From Callorhinchus milii (taxonomy: Eukaryota), in assembly GCF_018977255.1 (NCBI RefSeq), contig NW_024704767.1, positions 198,416 through 250,000 on the forward strand: a stretch of 51,585 bases of DNA, written 5' to 3'. The notes beneath the pieces are model-generated. The model saw only the letters and a program-made list of their open reading frames with translations. It had not been told where the DNA came from and did not search any database. Below, in pieces: positions 1-11,896 of this stretch. Both the position numbers and the translations under genes were made by a program. Within the stretch, counting starts at the first letter, position 1; every line of letters starts with the position of its first letter.

Positions 1-227
1 CCCCCTCCCATCCCCCCCCCCACACACCAGCTCCTCCTCCGCCGCCAAACGACCCTCGCGCCCCCCGCACTCCCTGCTTCACACGCCGAGGAGGTGAGGG
101 GGGCCGGCAAGCTCCTCCCCTGCGTCACACACACTCACACACACACACACACACAGGCACCACCACCTCCTCACTCCTCACACAGCGGCCCCTCGTGTCC
201 GCACAACGCACTGCTGCTGCTGCTGCT

Positions 228-261
<34 letters not shown>

Positions 262-474
262 CGCCCTCTCTCGGTGGTACACTGCTATAGCCATGGGATG
301 GCATCAGTCTAACATTACTGTCATGTCATAAATCAGTCAGGTTTTACCCCAATGCCATCCCCCCAAAAAAGGTCCCAGCGGGTTAATAGCCATGACTTCA
401 CCAACCTTCCTTCTCCCTCCACGCGGCGGGCACTGCCTGCTGCATCTCCCCCCCGCCCCGCCCCGCCCCGCCCC

Positions 475-540
475 GCTTGCCCCACTGTCGGCGGTCCAGC
501 CTTCAGCCTTTCTGCCCCCACCCTTTGGAACTCCACCCGG
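475..540 (+). mobile_element. L2-clade LINE ORF2 3' fragment
   Basis: Translates to VGGPAFSLSAPTLWNS, like the GGRAFS..AP.LWNSLP C-terminus of L2 ORF2; ends where a SINE tail begins. Confidence 0.65.
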
Positions 541-541
<1 letters not shown>

Positions 542-577
<36 letters not shown>

Positions 578-884
578 CCTCGCATTTGATATAGCGCTTT
601 TCACGTCGAGAGGACGTCCCAAAGCGCTTCACAGAACACACTGTAAAGTGAATTGACTGTATGTTTGTGGGCGAACGCGGCAGCCAATTGCGCACAGCAA
701 TGTCCCACAAACAGTCGTAGATTGAAAATGACCAATTTATTATTGTTTTTGGTTTTGGAGGGATTATTATTAGGCTCTGTGTGGAGTAAGGAAACTTGCC
801 CAAGGTTTGGCCCTCTGCCTGGAATTGAACTCAGGTCTCTCGCTTGCAAAGCGAGTGCTCCAACCCCTGAGCCACAGGACTCCA
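542..884 (-). mobile_element. Full-length tRNA-derived SINE (young subfamily)
   Basis: tRNA-like head with A and B boxes, TGGCTGCCGCG core, L2-like 3' end, (TTA)n tail; near-identical to 6291-6618 and 43477-43815. Confidence 0.93.
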
Positions 885-1309
885 CAAATCTCTTCGCCTT
901 GCTCGCCTCCGACTCGGGGCCCTTCTTCTACATTCCCTTCTCACGATTTTGTTCTAAGTAGCGTTAACCTGAGAGAAGGGAGGTGACTGACTATCACCAA
1001 TGCGTCCGATTGTATTGTTTCGTATTCCAGGCTTTCCCGAAACACGTCGGAACAAATCATATCGAAACCCACTTGCGAACCTCAAACATCGTAGGTCAGC
1101 TGGGAGCGTGAGATTCGTGAAACAGAAGCACGATGATCCAAAGAAAAACTCAAAATAAACTGACGCACCAAGCTGTAGATGGTGCAGGAAGGCAGCATTG
1201 TGTGACCTCCAGGTTATTGACCGTAACAAGTTAAAATTAGATTTCAATGATCGCTGTATGTACAGAATCGGCTGCTTTATGCTCAGTCACTGGTTATATG
1301 ATACAATCA

Positions 1310-1590
1310 AGAACAACTACAACAACTTGGATTTATATAGCAGCCTCGACGCCGGACGGCGTCTCAGAGCGCTTTACAGTAATGGATCCCAGCGCCGAGC
1401 CATGGGGCGGTCGGGGGAAGGTGACCAAAGGCACGGTCGAAGAGAAAGGTCTTCAGCAGAGACCTGAAAATAGGAAGAGACGAAGGGAATGAGGAAGGAA
1501 GTTCCAGAGCCTCGGGGCATAGTGGCTGAAGGCACGGCCACCGAGGATGGAACAGAGGGGGACAAGGAGGAGGCCAGACCCGGAGGACTG
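1310..1590 (-). mobile_element. L2-clade LINE 3' fragment
   Basis: Minus strand reads LGGRAFSHYAPRLWNFLP, followed by an L2-type 3' end and (TTG)n-like tail. Confidence 0.7.
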
Positions 1591-4500
1591 GGTTTATGAT
1601 GGATTATTTTGCGAAATTCAAACCATCGGGATTATAAACAGTCGGATTTGAGAACTTTGCTGGAAAGAAATTGCCAAAAAAATAAAATCAATGGAATATC
1701 TTGGGAGCCCCATTTGTGTTGCAACTGTAGCCAAGCAAATAAATAGACAGTTCACGCCTTTTGAAATATGCTTGAAAAATATTCCCAATCAATGAGTAGT
1801 CAGGGGATTGGCAGCAGAATGGATTTCTGTTATTCAGTAACTATAGTTTACTGCCCCGGTCAATAAAATGTCAGAGTTATTGCTCTGTGCGGATATTTGG
1901 AATTCAGTATCATTCACTGAACTCTTGAACAGATCAACATCCACTGGAAATCTCTCCAAACAAACCACAGGCGAATAGAGTTACCTGAAACCTTGACTCA
2001 ATGAAGAAAGATAAAGGAAATAAGTTATAATTGACATATAGATAGATGTTTCCAGCAATAATAACAATAATCTTTGCATTTGATACAGTGCTTTATACGT
2101 CGTTGAGACTTCTCAAGGCTCTTTGCAGAATATACTGTAAAGTGGATTCCCACTAAAGTGTGTTTTGTGGGCGAAAGTGAAAGGTTACAGTAATAAGTAA
2201 GACAGGGGTGACTCAACAATCAGTTTAAGTCTGTCTTAGAGAGAGAAAAAATGCAGAGGTGAATTAAAATGGGTTGTCAACCTGTTGTTTTTTTGTTTAT
2301 GAAAAATAACTGAGTGAAAGAATAATTCAAATATTGACAGATTAGACTCAAAGAACCTGAATCACAAAATGTGGGCAATGTAATCAAAGACTTCCGCCTC
2401 CTCCCACTGAAATTTCACAAGGCTCATTACTGAGAAATGTTATCAGCACGAGAAGTAAGGAGAGGGTGAGTTCTCTTACTGGAACAGATTTGAGATGACA
2501 AAGAACCCTTCTCAATAGAAACAAACAGGGAAATTCAATAGTCCCAACAAACTCCAGTCTGCAAATCAAAGGTAAGTTCAAATCATAGTATTTTGTTGTT
2601 GTTGGAAATTCAAGGACTATCTGAGGACTATCTGAAGAGAGAATTTGTGTGGGAACAGAGAGAGAGAGAGGGTATAGCATACTGACTTTCTATATAGTGT
2701 TAATCATTCATGTGAACCCTATGAAATACAGTTTACCTTCATCCATATGTTGTCTGTTCACATCAGACATGAGTTAAAGTGAGAAACTAGAACATATTAT
2801 TGCATCCGGGCTAATAAGATACAAATGAAGAATTTGGGAGTGAAAATGTGACATTGATTAAGATAAATGCATCACTTAAATGACAGCATGGATATACTGT
2901 ACTAAAGGACTGTGGTTGTGGAAATAAGACTAACAATGAGCAGTTGCGAACCTATCCAAGTACAGAATGGACCATTCATAATATCTGGGATCAGCATTGG
3001 GCTCTCAAACCCCAGGGATTGTCACTGAATTGTCACAGAAAAAGTTTTCTTGAACTTTGCAATGCTTCCTGCTTTGATGGAATATGCGTCTGAACACATT
3101 TCAAAACTGCAAGAAAGACGATAAAAGCACAAAGTTTAACCCCCAGAGGCCCAAATTCCAAAAAATTCCTCCAGTCATTGTTTGTGGTGTACCTACAGAA
3201 GAAGGTTTAAACTGTTGGGAGTATATCTTAAAGGGAGTATTGGCTCATCAATGGATTATTTTAAAGGGAGCTGGAGGCTAGGAGGCGGAAGTGATCAAGA
3301 CTGAATCTGGTAAGTGTTTACTCATGTTTCTTTCATTCATTCAGTAACGTTATAACAAGGTGAAACTTTTCACAGAAGTGTACAATATATCCCAGAGCCG
3401 GGTACTGCCAACTTTCGGTTTACGTGCTTTATATGCTGTAGTATTACAAATTAATTTGATCATGTTCTCGTTATCTTTATTATTTTTTTCAGGTGAGACC
3501 AGACTATTATTGCCAGCACCAGAAATTAGGCAAAGGGGGTGATGTATATATAATTGCTTCCGCTTTCAAAATTCCCAGCAGTTTCCATGTATGATATCTG
3601 GGCTGAAATTAATTCATTGTGTATGAATAAACCAAATAAACCATTTTTGTTCCTATGTCTACCAGGTTTGTGTATTATATGAACCTCAATATAATGTGGT
3701 TCCTTTCTGTTGTGCATAAGTCTGTTCTGTATAAATCGTATAATTGCCTAAGTCCGTTCAAAAGTTTCCATTCTATGCAAGTTGCCATAACTCATACTTT
3801 GCATAAGTTGTATTAAATGTATAATAATAATAATAAAATGAAAAGATTATTATTACGTATGGTCTCAACTGATACGACTTGTGTGAGATTTGCTGTATAT
3901 ACTTCAAACTCATGATAAAACTATTCCCATTTCTGCCAACCTTGGACATTAGATTCGAATGAACGACCATCTATTTGGCAGCAACTATAATGTTGGACAT
4001 GTACCTCGGTTTTTCAAAGCAGCCAAGCAAAGCAAAAGTAATTAAAGATAGAATTGTGTGGTCATAAAAAAAAACAACCTTTGATTTTATTGGTGGCTTC
4101 AGAAGAGTGTAGACAGACAAGATTAGCAAGTTTCAGTGTCATTAACCTTTTGGTTACAACCGACTTGGGTCATACTCTTGATTTTGCTCACATTAGTTTT
4201 ACATTGGTTGATGTACTTGTCCTCTTTATTGGCAGGACTTGGCAACGAAAAATCACCTTTAACAACACGCTCTGTTAAGAAACCAATTGACCCTGTTGCC
4301 ACTCTCCACTTTGCACATAAAAAATATGCATTATGGGGTCTAATTTGCAATATTTCTTAATAAAATTTCAGATTAAAGAATCTGATTAGACTTTTCTTTG
4401 ACCCACAGAAACGCCACTGCATTTGCGATGTAATAACAGAAAAAAAAATTGGATTTGAATGAATGAGTTCCTATTTGGAAGCACGTATTATGTTGAAGCA

Positions 4501-5349
4501 TCTCAAAGAGTTTCACAGAAATTGGGAAGCTCTTTGAGATAGTAATAATAATCCTTACATTTGTATTACGCCTTATCATGTCATCGAGACATCTCAAAGT
4601 GCTTCACAGGATATACTGTAAAGTGAATTGACTGTGTATTTTGTGGGCAAAACATTATACGTTTCTACCAAATAGGAATTCATTCATTTAGATGTAAAGG
4701 TTCATTAATTCACTCGCATGCGGTGATGTTTTGCTTTTGGCAGTCATTTTGCAGACAGAAAAGTTCCACTACCAACCTGGAGGTGAATGACTATTTAGGA
4801 GGTTTTCCTGGTCAGGACGTAGAAACAATTTCCCTTCCTTTTCAAACAGTGGGGAAGTTAACATCAGTGTCATTGACCTCAGCCACTGAGCTCATCCTTT
4901 CAGATCTAATGGTGACAAATCTGATACTCGATGACGAATACAGGGGAGTTTCTGTGGGTCACAGAAAATAATCTCTAACACTCTGGAATTTTGTTAAGAA
5001 CTATTGCAAATTAGAGCCCACTATGTATATTTTTGTGTGCAAAGTTTAGAGTGGCAACTGTTTTTTTTCAATGAGTTTACCAAAAGGCTAGAATTTTCGC
5101 AAACTGTTACAATAGTTAGTGGCTTGTGTTTACTATCAGGTTACCATTTTAGTTAACTGTTAGGATACATCTACCAAATCGGGTTCAGCTTTGGTTCACG
5201 CATATCTTTAATTGTTTTGTCAAATCGAACGGAATCAACTTGAATGGGGAAATGGGGGCAGAGCAGATGCTGAAAGTGTGACTTCTTTTTTCTTCTCCTC
5301 CAGGTCTCTTGTTCAATTGAATATTTCCATCCTCCACAGTTGCAAAGAA

Positions 5350-5407
5350 ATGTACGGATTCAGAAGTTATGCCTGTTTGTGGCTCATTCTATGTGCTCTG
5401 ATGGAAG
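5350..5407 (+). CDS. SLC51B: SLC51B-like (organic solute transporter beta), coding exon 1, signal-peptide-like
   Basis: MYGFRSYACLWLILCALME, donor G|GTAAGT (phase 1), upstream acceptor ttcttctcctccAG at ~5303. Confidence 0.6.
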
Positions 5408-6162
5408 GTAAGTAAATCTGAGGAACAGGGTAGAAGTTACTTGAAAACATTTAGACTTTTCCTTGGTATTCAGGATAGGCACAAGGATACACATTCTTCC
5501 ATTACTCCAGACTACTCTTATTTTCCAAGTATCTGTCTATCTCCCTTTGAGACATCCCAATTGATTCTCCCCTTTTGTCCTTTTGGGGCAATGCATTCCA
5601 TATTTTCATTGTTATCTGTATGAAGAAATATATATTTAGACCTTGATTAGATTAGTAGGATAGATATTGAGATGTGGTCTGATCCAAGACAGATCATGAC
5701 AATAAGGGAGCAGAGTGAGTGACTGAATTATTTCAAGAAAAGATTTTTATTCCAAAATGACTCACCTGAAATGGCCATAGAGTGTCTGGAAGCCATACAG
5801 TTGACCAAAATAATGTGTGTGTGGGGGGGGGGGGGGGGGGGAGGGGGGGAGGGGTGTGGGGTGGGTGGAGGGGAGATAACGGGTGCAAACAATGGTCCCT
5901 AATCACTGTCTTATGTCTAGCCTAAAAAGATATAAACAACAGCAACAACAACAAGATCCCATTTATAGAGCGCCTTTCACATCGGGAGGAAAACATAATC
6001 GGTCATGAGAGATTCTGTATTTTCAAGACATTATCCCAGGTGAAAGGAGTAATTTGCACGGTGTGGTAGGTTCTGTTGCCTAACAGAAGTTAGCCGTAAA
6101 TGATGGAGTGGATCACTGGTTTATTACCGCTGTTGTTCCTAATTTTCGTCTCACTGAAACAG

Positions 6163-6267
6163 GAATCGCAACAAGAACATTGGCCAAACCTAGAAGTTCA
6201 GTAGCTTCACCCATTACGCCCAAGAATAACGCACAAGGAACGAAGTCCTCATGCAACCCAGAGGAGC
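6163..6267 (+). CDS. SLC51B: SLC51B-like coding exon 2
   Basis: acAG acceptor, 105 nt open, phase 1-1, donor C|GTAAGT; GIATRTLAKPR...SCNPEE. Confidence 0.55.
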
Positions 6268-6290
6268 GTAAGTGTCGTAACTTGGCCGTT

Positions 6291-6618
6291 TGGAGTCCTG
6301 TAGCTCAGTGGTTAGAGCACTCGCTTTGCAAGTGAGAGACCTGAGTTCAATTCCAGGCAGAGGGCGAAACCTTGGGCAAGTTTCCTTACTCCACACAGAG
6401 CCTAATAATAATCCTCCAAAACCAAAAACAATAATAAATTGGTCATTTTCAATCTACGACTGTTTGTGGGACATTGCTGTGCGCAATTGGCTGCCGCGTT
6501 CGCCCACAAATATACAGTCAATTCACTTGACAGTGTGTTCTGTGAAGCGCTTTGGGACGTCCTCCCGACGTGAAAAGCGCTATAGCAAATGCAAGGATTA
6601 TTATTATTATTATTATTA
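6291..6618 (+). mobile_element. Full-length tRNA-derived SINE (young subfamily)
   Basis: A box TAGCTCAGTGG, TTTGCAA loop, B box GAGTTCAATTCC, L2-like 3' end, (TTA)n tail. Confidence 0.93.
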
Positions 6619-6700
6619 CACATTATTTAGTTTCCCCCCCCCCTCCCCCCACCACCCATTGCCCACATCTGGCACCGACAATGCCCTTCGATGGAAATGC

Positions 6701-6730
6701 TGCAGTACCATCTTTGCCACGAGGGGGCGA
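6701..6730 (+). promoter_or_regulatory. Candidate CTCF site with upstream module
   Basis: TGCAGTACC followed by core CCACGAGGGGGCG. Confidence 0.55.
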
Positions 6731-7085
6731 AGATTGGTGACAGCGCTAACCGCCTCGAACTGGGGGCTGAATCCATGCGACCTGGTTCAGGTTGACACCA
6801 AATCAAAGCACCTTGGGTTTATCTCACCGTGTTTGGAGGGGGAGGGAAGGAAAGGAAAGGAGGGCGAATCAACCACGAGGTAGAGAATAACTTAACAACT
6901 TTGCTATGATAATACTACCAATAATATCCTTGCACATTTATAGTGATCAAACATTGGGAGATGTGCTCGGGTTGAGGACACTGGACGGAGCCTATGGTCT
7001 GAATTGTTGTCTTCTTGAGCAGGTTACTAGACACATTCCCTGTAACTATTAATGGTATTAAATTCCCCTTTTCTTTTTATTGCAG

Positions 7086-7175
7086 ACATTGTGTGGAACT
7101 ATTGCATGTTAGGGATTGCTCTTCTGGTCTTGATCTTCGGGTTCGTGATTCTGTGGTTAAACCCCAGGGCAAAAT
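7086..7175 (+). CDS. SLC51B: SLC51B-like coding exon 3 (single TM helix)
   Basis: IVWNYCMLGIALLVLIFGFVILWLNPRAK: Trp-Asn plus hydrophobic helix as in OST-beta; strong acceptor and GTAAGT donor; 1 nt short of the phase needed by the next exon. Confidence 0.8.
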
Positions 7176-7519
7176 GTAAGTAAAATCTTGTCTTTTATTC
7201 CTTTAAATCCCTCTAAACAGGCAATTGGGTTGACTGGATATGCTGTACAACTTATTATTAAAGTTATTATTAAAGTTATTAGTATTAAGAATAATAATTT
7301 AGTACGTTAACATATTAAGTTATTATTAATAATAATTTAATAATAAATGAATAAGTAACTTTACACTTTTCCTAATTGAACTTAGTAAGAGTTCATTAAG
7401 TTGAGGGCACCATTTTTTCCCTCTAACTAGAAGCAGAATTTTTTTTTCCCATTTCTACTCCAGTGGTGAGACACCTATGAGTTCACCTGTCACTGTTGTT
7501 ATTATAGTAATTATTATAG

Positions 7520-7730
7520 GAATTATTAAAGGAAACAAATCCCAAACAGTGATAAATTGGTCACTTCAATCCACGACTGTTTGTGGGACACTGCTGTGTG
7601 CAATTGGCTGCCGCGTTTCGCCCACAATTCACCCTCAATTCACTTTACAGTCTACTCTGTGAAGCGCTTTGAGAGATCTGGAAGATGTGAAAAACGCAGT
7701 ATCAAATGCAAGGATTATTATTATTATTAT
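7520..7730 (+). mobile_element. 5'-truncated SINE whose (TTA)n tail abuts the SLC51B last-exon acceptor
   Basis: Same body and tail as 6291-6618. Confidence 0.85.
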
Positions 7731-7732
7731 AG

Positions 7733-8006
7733 GAGGAAGAAAAAGATCATAATCCAGCAGCCAGCAAACATTGACAACATTAAAATGATCAAGGCAACTC
7801 GACAGCTCGTAAAACATCAGTCTTCAGAAAGTGACGATGAGCCTTTGGAGGTGGATCTGATGCTGCCGACGAGGCAAACCTCTATCCCTCAGCGCCGGCC
7901 TCAGCGGCATTCACCTGGCTCACCCAAGCCTGGAGAGATACTGATTCGCTGGAAAGATGGAGATATTGGTGCGATTCTTCTAAGTGCAAAGGAAGATATG
8001 GTGTAA
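7733..8006 (+). CDS. SLC51B: SLC51B-like terminal exon
   Basis: Basic RKKK after the TM and a C-terminal KPGEILIRWKDGDIG..EDMV motif resembling non-mammalian OST-beta; syntenic position next to RASL12; AATAAA at 8121. Confidence 0.8.
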
Positions 8007-10569
8007 AGCCCTCTCCACACCCCCCCCCCCCCCATCCACCCCACTCGAAACACTTCCCCCCATCCACCACTCCACCCCCAATCACAGGATTTAAATGGGA
8101 CTCGTAGAATTTCGTAAAGAAATAAAATATAACTTTTGCAAAACAGTTTACTGGCTAAATTACACAACAGATTTAGTGTTTGCGTACACGTTAAGCGCTC
8201 GACTGTTGCATGTTATATTGAGAAAGACAGTGAGAAAATGGACCAGTTTTGTTTAACCTCACAAATACTGGCTCCTTTTACAGTTATTATCAGGTATTTT
8301 TTTTACAGAAAATGACTAAAGTTAAAATAAAAAAAAGGCAGGCGGGGCAAGAATAGGGAAGCATAAATTGAAGGAAAATAAAATAGCTGAACATTCTGGG
8401 AAGGTTTGACTTAGGAAAGGAACACTACAGGTCAGGTCAGTCTTTGCAGGAAAATGGCCCAAAGCAGTAAAACAACAGAGTGCTGAGATCAGATCACCTA
8501 CAAACACTGTGAACTGCCAAACGCTATATAACGTGGAACAAGTTAAAATGGGGAGTGAAAAAATAAATGAATGCTAGAAAGCAAAATGTCCCGTGACTGT
8601 GGCTTGTCTTTCAGTTAATGTCAGGAGTGGCTCTAACTAGCTGTTAGCTAGTTCTGTTACCAACCACCACTATAACTAAATATTACAGTAATATATATAA
8701 ATATATATATATATAAAACGTTGAGAGAGTGATATAAACTTAAAGCAGACTATATAAATAAATGAAAAGGTAAAAGTTGCATAAGTAGGTAGTATAATTG
8801 TAGTCATAGATTAAAAACTATAATTAATTACATTAATCAACATCCTTTTAGCTGTGCAAAGGCAAAATTAGAGAGAACCAACATTGATTTTGTAAAATGT
8901 AAAGGATGTAAAATGAGAGCAAACCAGTAGATCTGTAGAATATAGATACAATGAACAGTAACTAACCCATAAAAATCTTGGCGAGACAATATGTAGAGCT
9001 CTCTCCAGTTGTATACAAATTTCATCACCTATTTGCTTTTTAAGTTGGGGAGGGGGCGGGAGGAGGAGGTTGTACATAATCAATTTCTAAAAGTGGCAAG
9101 TTAAATACAGAGAGAATAAATCACAAACTACAGTAGAAGCAACGAAACTTTGGACGTTTATTGAATTAATATTATTTTCAAGCACAAAATAACCTACTGA
9201 TTTTTCTAAAATCTCCTATGATGTAGTGAGAGGTGTGAGGAAACTTTAGAATTGTGGATTTTTTTCCTTAAAAAGCACAGAACAAACAAAGCGACGAGCA
9301 AAAATGACAACGGACAATAAGTTAGGCTTCACCAGTCAGCGAGACCTGGATTCTGTTAGAAGTAATCCCTCCGAAAAAAATGTGGTCATTCAATCCACGG
9401 CTGTTTGTGGGACCTACTGTGCCAAATTGCCTGCCGCGTTTTGCTCAGTATATTCTGTGAAGCCCTTTGAGATGCCTCAATGATGTGATAAGGTGCTATA
9501 TCAAATACAGGATTATAATTATTATTAGAATTCAGTGATTTGATTAAACATTGAATACAAATGATCTCTTGGTTATTTTTATACTATTAAGAGAGTGATT
9601 GCCACCGGGAGCCCTTTTTCTAACTGAGGCAGCGTTCAGCGTTCCCAGGTCAGCTCGACACACAATAAATCTCTCCCAACAAACACAACATGCTTGAATA
9701 CCAATCTCAGAGCCTCTCTTCGCCCAACGCACCTTTGGACGCAGTTTGTGGCAACCCAGAGATCAGCATGTAAATATGGGGCTTTGTTCAGTGTTTCTAG
9801 AACCCTCAGCGTTGGGAATAGCACCCCCACTTCCAGGTAAATTCTAACTCCTGGGCAAAAACTCTGTCCTTTGGATGAGACGTTAAACCGAGGTCCCGTC
9901 TGCCTGTACAGGTGGACGTTAAAGATCACGGGGCACTACTCGAAAAGAGAAGGGAGTTTCTCTCTTGCTGGCAAGGTGTCCTTGGATTGAAGCCACCAAG
10001 GCCACCTGTGAAGCCACCAAGGATTAGTGTCCTTGCCAAATAAAAATTTTGGTAGTCAAATAAAAATCACTCATTCCATGGCTCTTTGTGGGCCACTGTG
10101 GCATAAAATACACAGTCAATCCGCTTCACGGTATATCCTATGAAGCGCTTTGGGACGTCTGGGCGACCTGATGAGGTGTCATATCAAATACAAGGATTAT
10201 TATTAGAAAAATTCATCTCCTGGGTTTGAGCTTGTCCACAGCCCCCCCAAAGTCTTGTCTCTCAGTGAAACATCAGCCTCCGGGCAAATCGTGAACCGAG
10301 CAATAATTTATCCATCAAACCCTCTGTCAAAATCCTGTCCTCACCTTTGGTTGATGTCACCAAGAGGGAGCATGTAGCTCGGGTCCAAATCCCTGACTGT
10401 CCAGCGCCTTGGGACGCTCTCCCGACATGAAAGGCGCTGTACAAATGTAATTTGTTGTTGTTGTCTGGATCCCCGCTGGTGCCCGATGACGTTAGTTTGG
10501 CTGACGATGTATCAAAATTTGTGACATCCCAGTTGCACAATCAGCTGGGGCGAGCTTTTATCAAGACGT

Positions 10570-10959
10570 TTAAAATATTTTAAAGCCTTTCAGTAAGGTC
10601 AGTGTGGGAGTTCTCCGCTTGCTTTGGGCCCTCGCTGTCTTCACGGTGACCAGTTTGGCCGAGGTGATGGTGGGCACCTCCTTGTAGATGGCGGTGGACA
10701 GTCCATGGGAGCCAAACGTGGCCGGGTGGTGTTTGAGGGACTGGGCATAGGCAGGCGGGTGAGCAATACTCAACGCTGGCTTCTCCTCGAGATAAAGAGA
10801 GGCCTGACGGGAAGGTGGCGCTCTGTCTCTCGTCTCACCTCACGTATCGCTTCGTGAAAGACGTGCCGGACAGACTCAAAGTCCAGACAGGCAGATACTT
10901 CGTAAAACAAGCTGTTAGATTTGGACGCCAAGGACACACCATTAGCCTTGCTCACCTGC
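10570..10959 (-). CDS. RASL12: RASL12 terminal exon 5 (apparent -1 frameshift at ~10789)
   Basis: EVSAC (G5 box), VFHEAIREVRRE, and C-terminus AKLVTVKTARAQSKRRTPTLTLLKGFKIF typical of RASL12; the two halves are in different frames. Confidence 0.93.
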
Positions 10960-11464
10960 CTGAAAACAACAGGGATGTGAAGAGCTTAGAGAGGTGTGTA
11001 CAACAATAAAGAGGTATTTCTCCCACAATATACACTGTCAATCCACTTTACAGTAACAATAAATAATAATAATCCCTGTTAATGGATATAATACCTTATC
11101 ACGTCGTTGAAACATCTCAAAGTGCTTTACAGAATATATTATAAAGTGGATTGACTGTGTACTTTGTGGGTGAAACAGTATATATCCTGTGAAGTGCTTT
11201 GAGACATCTCAATGACATGATGAGGTGCTTTACCAAATGTAAGGATTATTATTATTATTATTATTATTAGGACCTTATAGAAACTTTAGTTATCGATGGT
11301 CAGCACAGTCACTCCAGCTGACTCCAGCAGAAAGTCATCCGCCAATTGACTAACACGTAGAGTAAGGAAACGTGCCTAAGGATGCAACCCAGTAGAAGGA
11401 AGAATTGAACAAATGCTTCAGAGGAGGAGGAATTGAGAAGGTTTTGACGATAAACATTGCTTAC

Positions 11465-11655
11465 CTATATCTCTCCATATCCAATTTATTGCCCAGCAAA
11501 ATAACGGGACAGTCGTGTGGCAGGCCTTTGGTGTGGTTGGCAATTACAGTGAGGTATTGCTGGCAACCCTCAAAACTCCTCCTGTTATCGATGCTGTAGA
11601 CCACAATGAACGCATTTGCCCAGTTTAGGTAACGTTCCGAGTTTGTTGGCTTGTC
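11465..11655 (-). CDS. RASL12: RASL12 exon 4
   Basis: ERYLNWANAFIVVYSID...ILLGNKLDM (G4 NKxD); AG/GT boundaries, phase 0-2. Confidence 0.95.
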
Positions 11656-11896
11656 CTGTGTTTTAAAGAGGAAAGAAACTAAAATGACTGTTTTTGTGAG
11701 CTGTAGTTTGCAGACTATTTTCACAGACAGACAGACAGACAGACAGACAAACCCGTACAAACAAATCATCACCTGCACACACATACAGGTGCAACTCATG
11801 AAACTATAACTTTAAAAGGTAAAGTGTCCAGTGCCTGCACCATTACTGTTTTCCGTCCGTCTTCAGCTTTGCAACAGCTCACATCAGATCATTAGA

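Noticed and set aside
333-885. Recurrent ORFs such as WDIAVRNWLPRSPTNIQ and MESCGSVVRALAL
   Set aside because: Translations of SINE copies, not a protein family
4123-4350. MQIRPH resembling the MTFMT motif MQIRPK
   Set aside because: Match is only 5 aa, there is no flanking similarity, and it lies in the inverted-repeat arm
4723-4971. Exon-like 82-aa ORF after a pyrimidine-rich AG
   Set aside because: No recognisable homology and no phase link to a gene model
6291-6365. tRNA-Ala(TGC)-like sequence (also at 810-884 and 43477-43550)
   Set aside because: It is the head of a SINE, continuing into the SINE body and tail, with no proper acceptor stem
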